NCBI RefSeq assembly: GCF_001194135.2
Contig: NC_068985.1
Span: 19,239,238-19,303,237 of the forward strand
Direction of reading: 5' to 3'
DNA from: Octopus bimaculoides
Lineage: Eukaryota
DNA length: 64,000 bases
This document shows positions 51,831 to 64,000 of this stretch, piece by piece (the stretch's first letter is position 1; every line of letters begins with the position of its first letter). The notes beneath the pieces are model-generated. The model was not told the DNA's origin. It saw nothing but the letters and a program-made list of their open reading frames with translations, and did no database searches. The position numbers and the translations under genes were made by a program.

Positions 51831-52729
51831 ACCAAGCATGGGTAATCTTTTTCGATAAGCAGGCCGCATGACACATGGTTCATCATCAGACGAGCCGCAC
51901 TACTAAAAAAAAGAATTCAAGGTAAATTTCCCTTACGCGTGACATTCAGAAAGTTCTGCGAACCGCAGTTTGCCCATGACGGATTTAAACAGAACATTAA
52001 TGACATGAAACTAACTGCTCTCAAACCAGCTGCAATCATCATAATCAATGAACCCTCCGCCAGACTCAACAATTAAATAAAAAAAAAAAGATTAGTCGAG
52101 CACTTTTTAAAGAACTAAATCTTGATTAAAACGAAATAGATAAAAAAAAAAAGAAGAAAATGAAAAATGAAGTTGAAAATGAAATGAAATAGTACTCAAT
52201 TATATCTTAGCCTGTAATCTTGTGGAAAGCAGACAAAACAGAGAAAAGTAAAGCCTAAGTTGAAAACAATTTTTTTCTAAATTCCTTTTTGTTGTTGAGA
52301 ATCGCAACTGTTTGAGTGGATAGAAATTCATCCAAACCTTCCGCACAGAAGCTTCCATGGACTATATCCAGTTACCTACATTGTATTCTCTTCCTGACAA
52401 ATATACGTTTTGTCTGACTCAACGTAGTTATAAATAGAAATAGTGGAAGATAATGTTCGTCGTTATAGAGATACTAATGACGTGTTCTGCGTTTACTTGC
52501 GGTTCTGAGCTCAAAACCTCCCACAAATATAGAATGGCGATATTTATAGAATGTAATTAAAGTGAAAGCAAGGGGAGAAATTAGTGTAATTCATTTGGTG
52601 TGAATATTGCTTGACAGCTGATTGAAGACTATTCAAACAATCACAACTAGTAACACACACACACACACACAGTAAATTGATTTGCGTAAAAAGGTCAACA
52701 AGAAGAGCACTCCATCTAATGAGAGTTCA

Positions 52730-52866
52730 ATATTAATGGATGTGTTTCACTCCACATGCATTACACGCGCTACTAATAGTTTCACGCTGATGAACGTACT
52801 TGTCATGCACGTGAAACTATTAGTAGCGCGTGTAATGCATGTGGAGTGAAACACATCCATTAATAT
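52730..52866. repeat. Perfect 57-bp inverted repeat with a 23-nt spacer containing a hammerhead core
   Basis: 52730-52786 is the exact reverse complement of 52810-52866; the spacer begins CTGATGA. Confidence 0.97.
52787..52830 (+). ncRNA. Hammerhead ribozyme core lacking the 5' strand of stem I
   Basis: CTGATGA-ACGT(11 nt)ACGT-GAAAC-TattA-GTA^GCGCG; stems II and III pair, and the upstream stem I partner is replaced by the inverted arm. Confidence 0.6.
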
Positions 52867-52990
52867 ATATATATATATATATATAATTATGTGTATTTCT
52901 TCTATCTTAATGAATAAAAATTCTTCTGATAGAATAAATGGGTTAATAGAAACCAATGTAGCAAAGAACACAAAATAACTGTGGTTAGCT

Positions 52991-53089
52991 CATGCTTTCC
53001 CTGATGAGAAGGTTACAATTTTAATATCAAAGATCCCTATGGATCACACAGGTTGTAATCCTTTGAAACATATGTAGGAATAAAGTATG
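52991..53089 (+). ncRNA. Well-formed type I hammerhead ribozyme with extended stem II
   Basis: Stem I CATGCT-TTCC / GGAA-(TAA)-AGTATG; CTGATGA 53001-07; stem II GAAGG-TTACAA / TTGTAA-T-CCTTT with inner GATCC/GGATC hairpin; GAAA 53065-68; palindromic stem III ACATATGT; GTA^ site after 53076. Confidence 0.85.
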
Positions 53090-53124
53090 CAATTTCAACA
53101 TGCGTTTTCTCCAATCCTTAAATT

Positions 53125-53159
<35 letters not shown>

Positions 53160-56100
53160 CAACTGCACACCAAACACTAACCTTCTTCATGAAGATTGAG
53201 ACTGCCGTTTTCCCTTCTCCATTTCTTATTACAATTGCTACATTAAACAAAATCTTATCACTTAACAATGTTAGACAATATGATAACCAACGCGTGGAAA
53301 CTAAACAGCAGTTTTAAATCTCTCTTCTCAGTAACGTAGAATTTCAATGTGCTAATCATTCTAATGCATTAATCATACGAATACATTGTTGAATATATCG
53401 ATGAAAATCACAAAATTGCGAAGCTAAAATCTCAAACTGTTGCGATTCTGAACAACAAAAAGGAATTTAGAAAAAAATTGTTTTCAACTTAGGCTTTACT
53501 TTTCTCTGTTTTGTCTGCTTTTCACATTAGATTTCTTAACACAAGATTACAGATTAAAATATAATTGAGTACTATTTTATTTCATTTTCAACTTAAGATT
53601 TCTTTTTTTTTTTATCTATTTCGTTTTAATCAAGATTTTGTTCTTTAAAAAGTGCTCGACTAATCTTTTTTATATATTTAATTGTTGAATCTGGCGGAGG
53701 GGTCATTGACTACGATGATTGCAGCTGGTTTGAGAGCATATTGCTCCAGAGCAAAGGAGTTTACATATACTGTAGTTAATAATTCGTATGAATCATGGTA
53801 GCTTCTATTTTCGTTGAAGCCTTTTTTAAGAAGACTGCAGCAGCATCAACTTCAAAGCTAGATGTCTATGATGTTACGATTCGGTCTTCACGCAAAGAAA
53901 TATTACAACTCACGAGTGTTCATCGACACGGCAAAAAATAAAGATCAAAGTCACGATAGTGCGATTGTTAATTTCATGATTTCTTTATGCTAAACTTTTA
54001 GCATAAGAATTCCTATTCATGTATATTCAATTCATTCTATATAACTTTCCCACCGTTTTTCAAAGGGCATAAATCTCGATAATTACATGAAGATGAAACA
54101 GAGACAGCCAAGCAACTAAGCTAAATTAGGTTACAGCGTTTCAGACGATTTCAGAATGTACAACTACGTCATGTATGAATCTTCCTCGGATATTTTGTTA
54201 CTGGATGTGTGCATAGTACCAAACTGGATTAAGGGATTTATTTTTGATACACTAAGCCTCTGATCCATGTACAATTTATGCTGTAATTTTAGGTTTTTCT
54301 AGTAACGGGAGCCGTATTCAGCTCATCCCAGTGAGCTCAAGATAGTTGATCAAGAATAGATAAAACATAAAAATTGCATCTATAACAACTCTTTTATATG
54401 TGTAAGATTTCATAAGGGAGAAATTGGGAATCCTTAAAAGAAACATCGAAAAGATTTAATGAGAGGGCCAACATCTAATTCGGGAATGGCTGGACTTATG
54501 TCCATAGAGGGAACATGTATACCACTACATAATGAAATCTCTATGACTGGTATAGAACTAACTACAGTGGAAAAACAAAACAGCTTTAGATAAAGTATTT
54601 GATAGCAAGCCAGTTAGTGAAATAAGCGCTAATCTCAGTTGAATATGGCTTCCACTACTGAGAGGTAAATATAAATAACCTAAAATTGCAACGGTGATTC
54701 ATGTACACATGAATCAATGGCTTAATGAATATCGTCACCGCTACTTTCGAAATAAAGATTCCTAATTCAACAACAGTCTGATACTATGTAGCACCGCAAA
54801 ATGAAAACACGTAAAGGATATTGGAAATCGAAGATTAGAATTTACGGTCGATCTATGATAACCACCCTCTTATTTTGATTATTGTCTACTTATTTTTGTT
54901 AGGGGTGGAAAAAGAAAGATATCTTTCCTAAAGATATTAGCAGCGTGAATGAAATATAATGGCATCAACAGAAAATTGAAACTGCCTCGTAGTTTATGTA
55001 AGCGATGAACTTACCTATTAGTCTGTAGCTCTTGCCAACGCATCTCAATATTTATCGTCAAATTATGGTGAGGAAGTGTTTTCTTAAGTTTAGCTCAAAT
55101 AGTTATCAAAACAACTATTTAGCTTCATATTACACGGATTGTTTGAGACGCGAGAAAAAAATGACTTCATATCTTCTCTTAATTATTTTTGTATTCTCCA
55201 CACATGCTTTATATATATATATATATNNNNNNNNNNNNNNNNNNNNNNNNNNNNNNNNNNNNNNNNNNNNNNNNNNNNNNNNNNNNNNNNNNNNNNNNNN
55301 NNNNNNNNNNNNNNNNNNNNNNNNNNNNNNNNNNNNNNNNNNNNNNNNNNNNNNNNNNNNNNNNNNNNNNNNNNNNNNNNNNNNNNNNNNNNNNNNNNNN
55401 NNNNNNNNNNNNNNNNNNNNNNNNNNNNNNNNNNNNNNNNNNNNNNNNNNNNNNNNNNNNNNNNNNNNNNNTGTGTGTGTGTGTGTGTATAACACCGTTT
55501 CCTTTTTTTTTTCGTGTTGTGCATCTCAATATAGGTTTTACCAGAATGTTATTACTTTGGGAAATTTAGTAAAAAAGTAAATAATAATTTTTCAAGCTTG
55601 GAAGTCTTGTAGCTCTGAAGCATCAGTTTGTGTCAGGTAAAAAATGAACGAATCAATTGTACCTCAATATTTATCTTGGAATAATAAGTCTAGATAATAA
55701 TAAAATAAAAAGTACTAGTGCATAAACTTTAGCTATTCACATCTGCTTCGTTTAACCAATGTGGTTAAAAATATTTTTGAAACATCGAGTTAAGTATTTC
55801 TCTATCCATTTTTTTTTAGAATCCAATGACGTAACGCCATGTTCTTTCTTTTCACGTTAATTTTCCAAATCTATCTTTCCACTTCACAAATATAACTAAT
55901 GACCAAATTGAAAATCTGGTTAATTTTCTCTATATTTTATAGCGTTACTCTTTCTTCATTCTAACAATAAAAAGTAAACCACAAGTAAAAGAATGCTGCA
56001 AATGTATTTTACATGAGTGTCAGAAAGAACAATAAGATAAGAAGGTTCAAATTGCCTGAAGCCATCAACAAGATTTGATAAATGTTTTGCCTCGATGTCA

Positions 56101-56164
56101 TAAGTTCACATCTGAATTACAAGAAAGTTTGAATTACTAAATTCATTAGTGCGTCGAACAAAAT

Positions 56165-56280
56165 TCCACGTGTTATTTAGTTACGGACCTTTACGTTCTG
56201 AATTCAAATCCTGCCGTGATTCAACTTTGCATTTCATCCTTCTATCGTTAATAAAATAAAATACCAGTCTAGTACATGAA
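56165..56280 (+). mobile_element. SINE family A, diverged fragment
   Basis: TTACGTTCTGAATTCAAATCC..CTTTGCATTTCATCCTT..ATAAAATAAAATACCAG. Confidence 0.6.
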
Positions 56281-57499
56281 TCGCGTTATGTTCTCACAAC
56301 GCGTCCTACATATGAATAGGATTATATCAAAAGAGCTTATTCCCTTAGAAGATCTTTTCCTTTTCATCGGCAGATCGAGAAATTAATTTTTTGTAACTAA
56401 ACACTTTCAAACTTTGGACACTGGTAGAATGGGTTATACACCGCCGGAAGTTGTTGTTGACAAGCAACAGCAGTAATTTTATTCAGCTGAATACACGTCA
56501 TTGATTGGTTGAAATTACCGAAATACGACAAATTTAACACGAAATAACTTCGTAAATAGAAACTTTTCTCAAAAACGCTAAGAGTAAAAGATGTTTTATA
56601 TGACACATTCGACCAGTGTCCGAAAGTGTTTAGTTACAAAATATAATTTCTTGATCTGCCGATGAAAAGGAAAAGATCCAAGAATCGTAGTCGTTGTCGT
56701 TGTCACCGCCGTCGTCGTCGTTGTCATGTTTCGCACGTTTTTTACAGTGCGGCGATGACTACAATGAAAGCTTTCCCGATTAAGCACGAGTTCTCCCATA
56801 GGAAGAAATCGTAACGTTACTTCGTTCTGACTACCTCACCGTATTTTTGTGGCAGAGATATATGAGGGTGGTTTGCCATTGCCTTCCCCAACTGGTTGAC
56901 CGTTGGCCCACAGGGAGCTCATCCGTTCATCGGGAGGACTTTTTTTTAGTCCTGCACAGTATCCAGGCATCCTCCTTACCTACTACTCGTACCATATAAG
57001 CCAATACTACATGATCGAGTGGTTGGTGACTAAACCGGCTCTTCCACTTGAATAACTCTGAAGAGTGTTTGATGAATAATTTATTTTCAAAAATGCTCAT
57101 CTTAAATACCATAGACGTGGTTTGCAAATGGCTATCGATTGCAGTTTGCACTTGTATCGGCCACAATCCAAGAAGTCTATTCTATCATCTGAGCCCTAAA
57201 TGTTTAAGGTTTAGCTAAACACTTCGCGGAAGTATTCAACGCTAACAAGTCAATGAGGGAGCCCATATGAGATGGCTCTGTTAGAAATAGCAACCAAATC
57301 TCCCTCAACTCATACCCTACTGTCTTTAGAAAAGAAGGATGCATTGGATAATTGTTTGATGGATTTCCATCGTTCGGCGATAAGGATTCAGGTGTTCGAT
57401 TATCTGAATTAAATCTTCATTGAATTAACGTATCGGTGGCTGAATATTCCACAGACATATGTAATATAATTCTCAAGGAGAATCAGCATAACGCAGTGT

Positions 57500-57720
57500 G
57501 AGTAGGGTGTTGAGTAGGTTGTATCTTTCAATTATAAATATAAGCCATCTGATAGGCTTTTAGACAGTTTTTGTCTCCCCAATTTCATCCACGAGGTATG
57601 AGACTATCTGAGGCTAAAGAAAATTGTCCAAGGTGTCACGTAGTGGGATCGAAACTGGGATTTCATGGTTGTGAAGAGAATTTCTTAACCATTCGGCAAT
57701 ACTGTGCGTATGCTGGCTAA
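57500..57720 (-). mobile_element. SINE family B, diverged 5' half
   Basis: TTGTCCAAGGTGTCACGTAGTGGGATCGAAAC..TTTCTTAACCATTCGGC. Confidence 0.6.
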
Positions 57721-58469
57721 TACGTATCCCTCAAAAGATAGGATGGTCTTTAATTCGTTTTTAACGTTGTAACTGGAAGTAGATAAAGCTACAAATAATA
57801 GCTTGTAGAATATTTGGTTTAAAAAAACCCTGGATGGAAAAAAAATTGAAGGCTTCCCATGGAACACGAACTCAAATCTTCTGTAAACATGAAAGACTTT
57901 GATCACAGATCTGCTTTAACAGGTCTGGCCTAGGGCTAAAAAGCAATATTAACGAATTAATTGTTAATAGAAAACTGATGCAAAATTTTCAGTAAAGTAT
58001 TTTCTTATATGCTACATGAACGATAACGTTAATTTATGCTTGTGTATCTAAATAGTCCTTGACTAATTCTCGGTAGATATTAAAGTTTATCTAAATAAAC
58101 AGCGCTAAGTTAGTAAAACCAGAATCATGTTTTCTTTTCTGCTTTTACAAATGTGGTACAATGCCGATGTAGATTAGTCTTGTATAAAGAAGCTGATAAG
58201 CTTCTGCATGCGTATCTTATCTACTCTTTAGGTTGCCTCACAGAAACAGGCAATGTGCACGAGAATTTGCAGAGATACTTCCTACTAAGATTATGCGTCG
58301 TCGATAACCTTCAAAACCCAAAACGTGTTGAAAATTATTCACCGGAACCAACTTCTATGAATAGTATTTTACAAACTCGAATGACTGCTAAAGTCACATG
58401 ATCATGAATGAAGTTAACTATTTGTTCGTGTGGGAGACGGTAATGTCCAGAAATCACTATTAACTAATC

Positions 58470-58680
58470 CTTTCTGCCTAAAGCACAAGGCTTGAAATTA
58501 TGGGGGAGAGGGTAATTTGATTACATCGACGCTTCCCCACAGTTCTCGACTGGTGCTTATTTTTACAACCCTGAAAAGATGAAAGGCAAAGTCGACCTCA
58601 GCGGAATTTGAACTCAGAACGTAACGACGGACAAAATGCCGCTAAGCATTTAGCCCTGTGAGCTAACGATTTGCCAGATC
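58470..58680 (-). mobile_element. SINE family A, near full length
   Basis: TAATCCTTTC..GCACAAGG tail and GAAAGGCAAAGTCGACCTCAGCGGAATTTGAACTCAGAACG core. Confidence 0.85.
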
Positions 58681-58699
58681 GATTTCATCTAAAGTTTAT

Positions 58700-59500
58700 C
58701 ATATATTTTACTTCTTTTAATCATTGGATGGCGGCCACGCTGGAGCATCATTTAGACGAGTTTAGTCGGAGAAATCGACCCTAGAACTTATTTTTTCAAG
58801 TCTAGTACTTATTTTATGGGGACGAAAACAAATCATTACCGTTTGTGAAGTGATGATGACGGACAAACACGCACGCGCGCACACACAGTCACACATACGA
58901 TGGGCTTCTTTCAGTTTCCATCTGCCAGATCCACCCAGAAGGCTTTGGTCGGCTCGGATCTTTAGTAGGAGACACTTGCCCAATGTGCCAAGCAATGGGA
59001 CTGAACCAGGAACCATGTGGTTGGGAGGCTAGCTTCTTACCAGACAACCACGCCCGTTTATATTCTGTTACTGCTTCGCTGTCCTATCCACATAGAAGAC
59101 TGAGGTGACACTTTCCACTGTCAAGCACTTTTCTAAGTATTTTAGCATTTCGAAGGAGTGTTGTTTTCTGTAAGTTCCTCACCACGATGTTGCCGCTGAG
59201 TTTTTAAAAATAGCTTTCAATTTACACAGTACCAAGCGCCCCCACAGCAACTGGGACCACTTCAACCATTTCCATTGCCCACGAATGTTTTACCTCCCAT
59301 GCTAGTTATTCTTTTATTTGTTTCAGTCATTTGACTGCGGCCATGCTGGAGCACCACTTTTTAGTCGAGCAAATCGACCCCAAAGCTTATTCTTTGTAAG
59401 CCTAGTACTTATTCTATCGGTCTCTTGCCAAACCGCTAAGTTACGGAAACGTAAACACACCAGCATCGGTTGTCCAGCGATGTTGGGGGAACAAACACAG
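58700..59500 (-). mobile_element. SINE family B copy (58700-59060) and a separate B tail half (59305-59500)
   Basis: CATTGGATGGCGGCCACGCTGGAGCA..GGGCTTCTTTCAGTTTCC..ACCATGTGGTTGG; TTTCAGTCATTTGACTGCGGCCATGCTGGAGCACC. Confidence 0.85.
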
Positions 59501-60968
59501 ACACACAAACGTATACATATGGGATGACAGACACTCTCCTCATAGTCCACGTTCTTGCAATTTCGTCTTTTCGTAGTCTGTACTTTTCAATCTTTTCTAG
59601 TTCTTTATCACTTATGCATGCATCTCCAAGTATTGCAATATCTATGACCTTGGTTTCCTTTTTTCCTTTTATCTAGCACACAAATATCTGAACTCTGAGC
59701 CTCGATTAGGGAGTCAGATTGGATTGTAAAATATTTTGTTCCTTGTTCTCGATGGCTCCTTCTGGTTCATGTTGTACTATTTCCGAACTCTCTTCAGGCC
59801 GTATGTTTCACATAGCCTCCAGTGGACGAACTTAGCCGCGTTATCGTGCCTTCTTTTGTAGTGCTTTTGGGGCAGCTTGCTACACTCACTCACAATATGT
59901 AAGATTGTTTCGTTTCTGATGTCACACATCCTACAAAGGGGTGATTCGCTATTCTTATCTATTTGGAACTTGGTGTTCTCAGAGTGTATTCCTGGGAGCT
60001 GCATATCAATGCCTCAGTGCATTCTTTCAGATAATTTTTTCCTAGCCATCTCCAAGTGTTGATCTCGTCTTTTCCTTCGATTTCTCTGAGGTATTACCCA
60101 TGCAGTAGTTTCATTTTCCAGTTGTTTACTCTTTCTTCTTCATCATGTTTTTTTAATGTTTGTGGGTGCATCGCGTTTTCGGTAGGTATTATATTGTTAA
60201 TTCTAACAGCGGCATGCAAGGATTCACTCTCCTGTTTGATGTACCATCCCAGAATGTTCTCGTCGAGCAAAAGGGCAAAATCTCGCTCGATCTCGTTTTA
60301 CAGTTGACAACACAGATCTTGCATTCTATGAGACGTCTTCCACCCCTGTTCTTCAGTATCGCTTTTGGAGTGTATTTTCTTGTTAATTGTCATCACTTTT
60401 CTAATTTTCCTGCCCATTTCCTCAAGTTCGTTCTTTGTCCACCTAACAACACCTGCGCCGTATCGCATTAAGGAATCAGCCCATGTGTTAATTGTCCTGA
60501 TTTTGTTTTTCCATTAAGTCTACTTCCCATAATTAACTTGGTTCTCCTGAGATATTCTTGCCTAAAGCTTTCCTTCATTTCACTTTCCTTGATTTTATCG
60601 TATTCTAAAATCCCCGGATATTTATATCCATTAGTCGCAGTATCCTTAATTTTCTCGCCGTTGGGCAGCTCTACACCACCAGACGATACTACTTTGCCTC
60701 TTTGTATTATAAGCATACTACACTTTTTAATCCCAAATTCCATTCCGATATCCTTACTGAATATCTGCACTGTTGAAACTAGGCCATTTATTTCACGTTC
60801 GGTCTTTTCAAAGATTTTTCAGTCATCCATATATAACAGATGATTTAATTTTCCTCAATTTTTTAAGGGGTACGCCGATGTCACTTTGCGTAGTATCTGT
60901 GTAAGGGGTATCATACAAATCACAAACAGCAATGGTGATAGGTTGTCTCCTTGAAATATGCCTCTCTA
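59500..60968 (-). mobile_element. R4/Dong-like LINE fragment spanning RT, CCHC and RLE regions
   Basis: RGIFQGDNLSPLLF, NHLLYMDD, FSKDIGMEFGIKKC, YKYPGILE, PLCRMC..HIVSECSKL..KRRHDNAAKFVHW; stops and frameshifts present. Confidence 0.92.
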
Positions 60969-60969
60969 T

Positions 60970-61430
60970 TAGTTCTCTTTATCACAGGTTTTGTTGAAGC
61001 TCCTGGAGTCTTGCATGTATCGCGGGCTTGCTACCTGCAGCCTACGGTACCATGCTGTCCGTTCTTTTCAGCTATCTAATACTTTCCTGATTATTCTGGC
61101 CGTGCCAAGGTGACAAACCTTTTGTAACAGTTCTACTGGGCTCTCTATTCCTATTTCCTTTGTATTCCCCTTGATGCTTTCTGATACTGTTCCCAAGGAA
61201 CCAACAATAATTGGCACTACTTTCACCTTCATTTTCCATTGCTGGGCTATTTCGTACTTAAGAGGGTTGTATTTATCTATCTGTTCGCCTTCTTTCTTGA
61301 TTATTCGTGGGTGAAAGGGGCATGTAACATCAACTATATAACATATGTAGTGCACCTTGTCCACCACCGCTAGGTCCGGTCTGTTATGCTCTAGCACCTG
61401 ATCTGTTTGGATTGGGAAATCCCAAAGGTC
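60970..61430 (-). mobile_element. R4/Dong-like RLE 3' end (different subfamily) with 3' UTR
   Basis: LWDFPIQTDQVLEHNRPDLAVVDK..IVDVTCPF..DKYNPLK..IIVGSLG..GTARIIRKVLDS*. Confidence 0.9.
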
Positions 61431-61649
61431 TCTTTTTTTAGCGTTCCTTTCACCAGTCATTTTTTTAACCAGCAACTTCTGTTGTGGCTACATGGAATTG
61501 AATGTGTAGTCCCTTCTTACGTAATTCTTCTTCATATCCTTTTTGTACTTCTTCCTTTGTTTTCCCTTTTTTTCTCTGCTTTCAATACTCCATCATTCCT
61601 AAATCTCACTAGCTAGGTTTCCTTACTTTGGGCCAGGTATCTCATTAAA

Positions 61650-62921
61650 CTCTCGAGTTTGATAGCATTCAGTCTTCCATACTTATCAGTCTCCTTCCTC
61701 CATTTGCTCTCTTCTTGCAGTTCCAAGCAATGCTGATTTTTGTATGTGTTCTACCTTCAGACTTGCACCGATCTTTTTCAGCCATGCTGGTAGTTGAGTG
61801 CTGATACTTCCAAGTGCACCAATTACTATTGGTATCATGTCTACTCTCTTCATTGACCACAACCTTTATATTTCCCACTTTAAACCGTCGTAGTTGTTTA
61901 ATTATTCTTCTTCTTTCACGTTGATTCTGTTGTTACCGGGGCAGGTTATGTCGATAATCATACATGTTGTTTCTTTTTTATTCACCACAACAATATCCGG
62001 TTTTCTATGTCTGGTTAGGTGATCGCACTAGATCATTACATCCCACAAAATTTTGCAGTTCTCATTTTCGGTGACTCTTTCTGGGATTTGTTCATATCAC
62101 GTCTTTGCTCTTTGTAGGCCGTGATTTCCACAGAACTCCCAATAGATCATTCTTACCACATTGTCAAGGCGTCGTTTGCAATCGTGTTGTGCCAATTTTG
62201 GGCATTCGCTAACGATGTGCCATACCATTTCACCCCTCTCACCACACATTCTGCATTGGTCACTATCGGTAGAATTGTCAATTCTGCACTTCATATAATT
62301 GATCCTTAACACTTGTTCCTGAGCTGCGCATATGAGTGCTTCTGTCTCTATCTCCAGATCACTCCTCCTCATCCATAGCCACCGGTCCTCTGTATCTGTC
62401 TTGGCATTCACATCTCTTGCAAACTGACCGTACATTTTTTTCCTTCCATGCTTTTTCTTTGTTTTTTTTTGTTTTGTTCATTTCTTGTTTAAATTTTTCT
62501 TTAGTTACACAATTTTCAGTTTTAATGATNNNNNNNNNNNNNNNNNNNNNNNNNNNNNNNNNNNNNNNNNNNNNNNNNNNNNNNNNNNNNNNNNNNNNNN
62601 NNNNNNNNNNNNNNNNNNNNNNNNNNNNNNNNNNNNNNNNNNNNNNNNNNNNNNNNNNNNNNNNNNNNNNNNNNNNNNNNNNNNNNNNNNNNNNNNNNNN
62701 NNNNNNNNNNNNNNNNNNNNNNNNNNNNNNNNNNNNNNNNNNNNNNNNNNNNNNNNNNNNNNNNNNNNNNNNNNNNNNNNNNNNNNNNNNNNNNNNNNNN
62801 NNNNNNNNNNNNNNNNNNNNNNNNNNNNNNNNNNNNNNNNNNNNNNNNNNGTCAACATTTTTCTGGTCTTGGTATCCATCTTCTTCATTTCTCTCTTTTG
62901 TCATTTTATAATTCCCGCTCC
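61650..62921 (-). mobile_element. R4/Dong-like fragment spanning a gap (thumb to RLE end)
   Basis: MKKMDTKTRKML before the gap; ETEALICAAQEQVLR..DQCRMCGER..HIVSECPKLAQ..RRLDNV; RKPDIVVV..IIDIT; IVIGALG. Confidence 0.88.
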
Positions 62922-63763
<842 letters not shown>

Positions 63764-63788
63764 TTTATTATTATTATTATTATTATTA

Positions 63789-64000
63789 TTTTATGTTTGA
63801 CTTTTGTTTTGCATTTGTACAAGTTGGATCCAAGTCTCACCCAGAGACCTCAAGAGACAACAAGTTAGAAGTTCATGTAGGTGTTATGCCTAGGGTACCA
63901 TATATTTGGATTTGTACAGTTTTGTTCAAGTGAATGTTTAAGAAACCATAAGAAAATTATGTTTGCTTTAAAATTTGAGATCACATAGACAGTATTTTAC
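63789..64000 (-). mobile_element. 3' UTR of another R4/Dong-like copy running off the window
   Basis: Matches 32727-32939 except for one substitution and a 2-bp indel. Confidence 0.93.

Larger units (their letters stand above)
52016..53738. repeat. Long imperfect inverted repeat: arms 52016-52316 and 53431-53738, spacer 1114 bp
   Basis: Arms are collinear reverse complements end to end (e.g. TGCTCTCAAACCAGCTGCAATCATC / GATGATTGCAGCTGGTTTGAGAGCA), with a 17-nt indel and scattered substitutions. Confidence 0.92.

Noticed and set aside
51840-51900. Minus-strand CTGATGA...TCGAAA resembling a hammerhead
   Set aside because: Stem II has only 2 bp, there is no C after GAAA, and no stem III or stem I.
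58153-58401. 82-aa ORF with a good acceptor-like CTTATCTACTCTTTAG
   Set aside because: No homology recognised and no neighbouring exons; such sites are common by chance in AT-rich DNA.

Overview
AT-rich, repeat-saturated animal genomic DNA from a draft assembly with 12 N-gaps. Most gaps sit beside microsatellites. The SINE repertoire and microsatellite load suggest a coleoid cephalopod, probably Octopus; this is inferred from recalled repeat families, not from a database search. I found no host protein-coding gene, intact tRNA/rRNA gene or CRISPR array, and most ORF-track entries are gap or microsatellite artefacts. Recognisable content: many tRNA-derived SINEs of several modular families, a dead mariner transposase (DD34D), Tc1/mariner and TTAA (piggyBac-type) MITEs, RTE and CR1/Jockey-like LINE remnants, and a Penelope-like GIY-YIG fragment fused to a gag-like LINE ORF1. 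R4/Dong-like RLE LINE fragments are piled up at (TAA)n repeats. The most interesting signal is a set of short non-coding units that carry hammerhead-ribozyme (HHR) cores and dock at (TA)n repeats. They include one well-formed HHR at 52991-53089, a minimal HHR at 35025-35060 and a perfect 57-bp fold-back containing an HHR core at 52730-52866. The two units near 53 kb lie in the loop of a ~300-bp inverted repeat. All RNA folds were read by eye.
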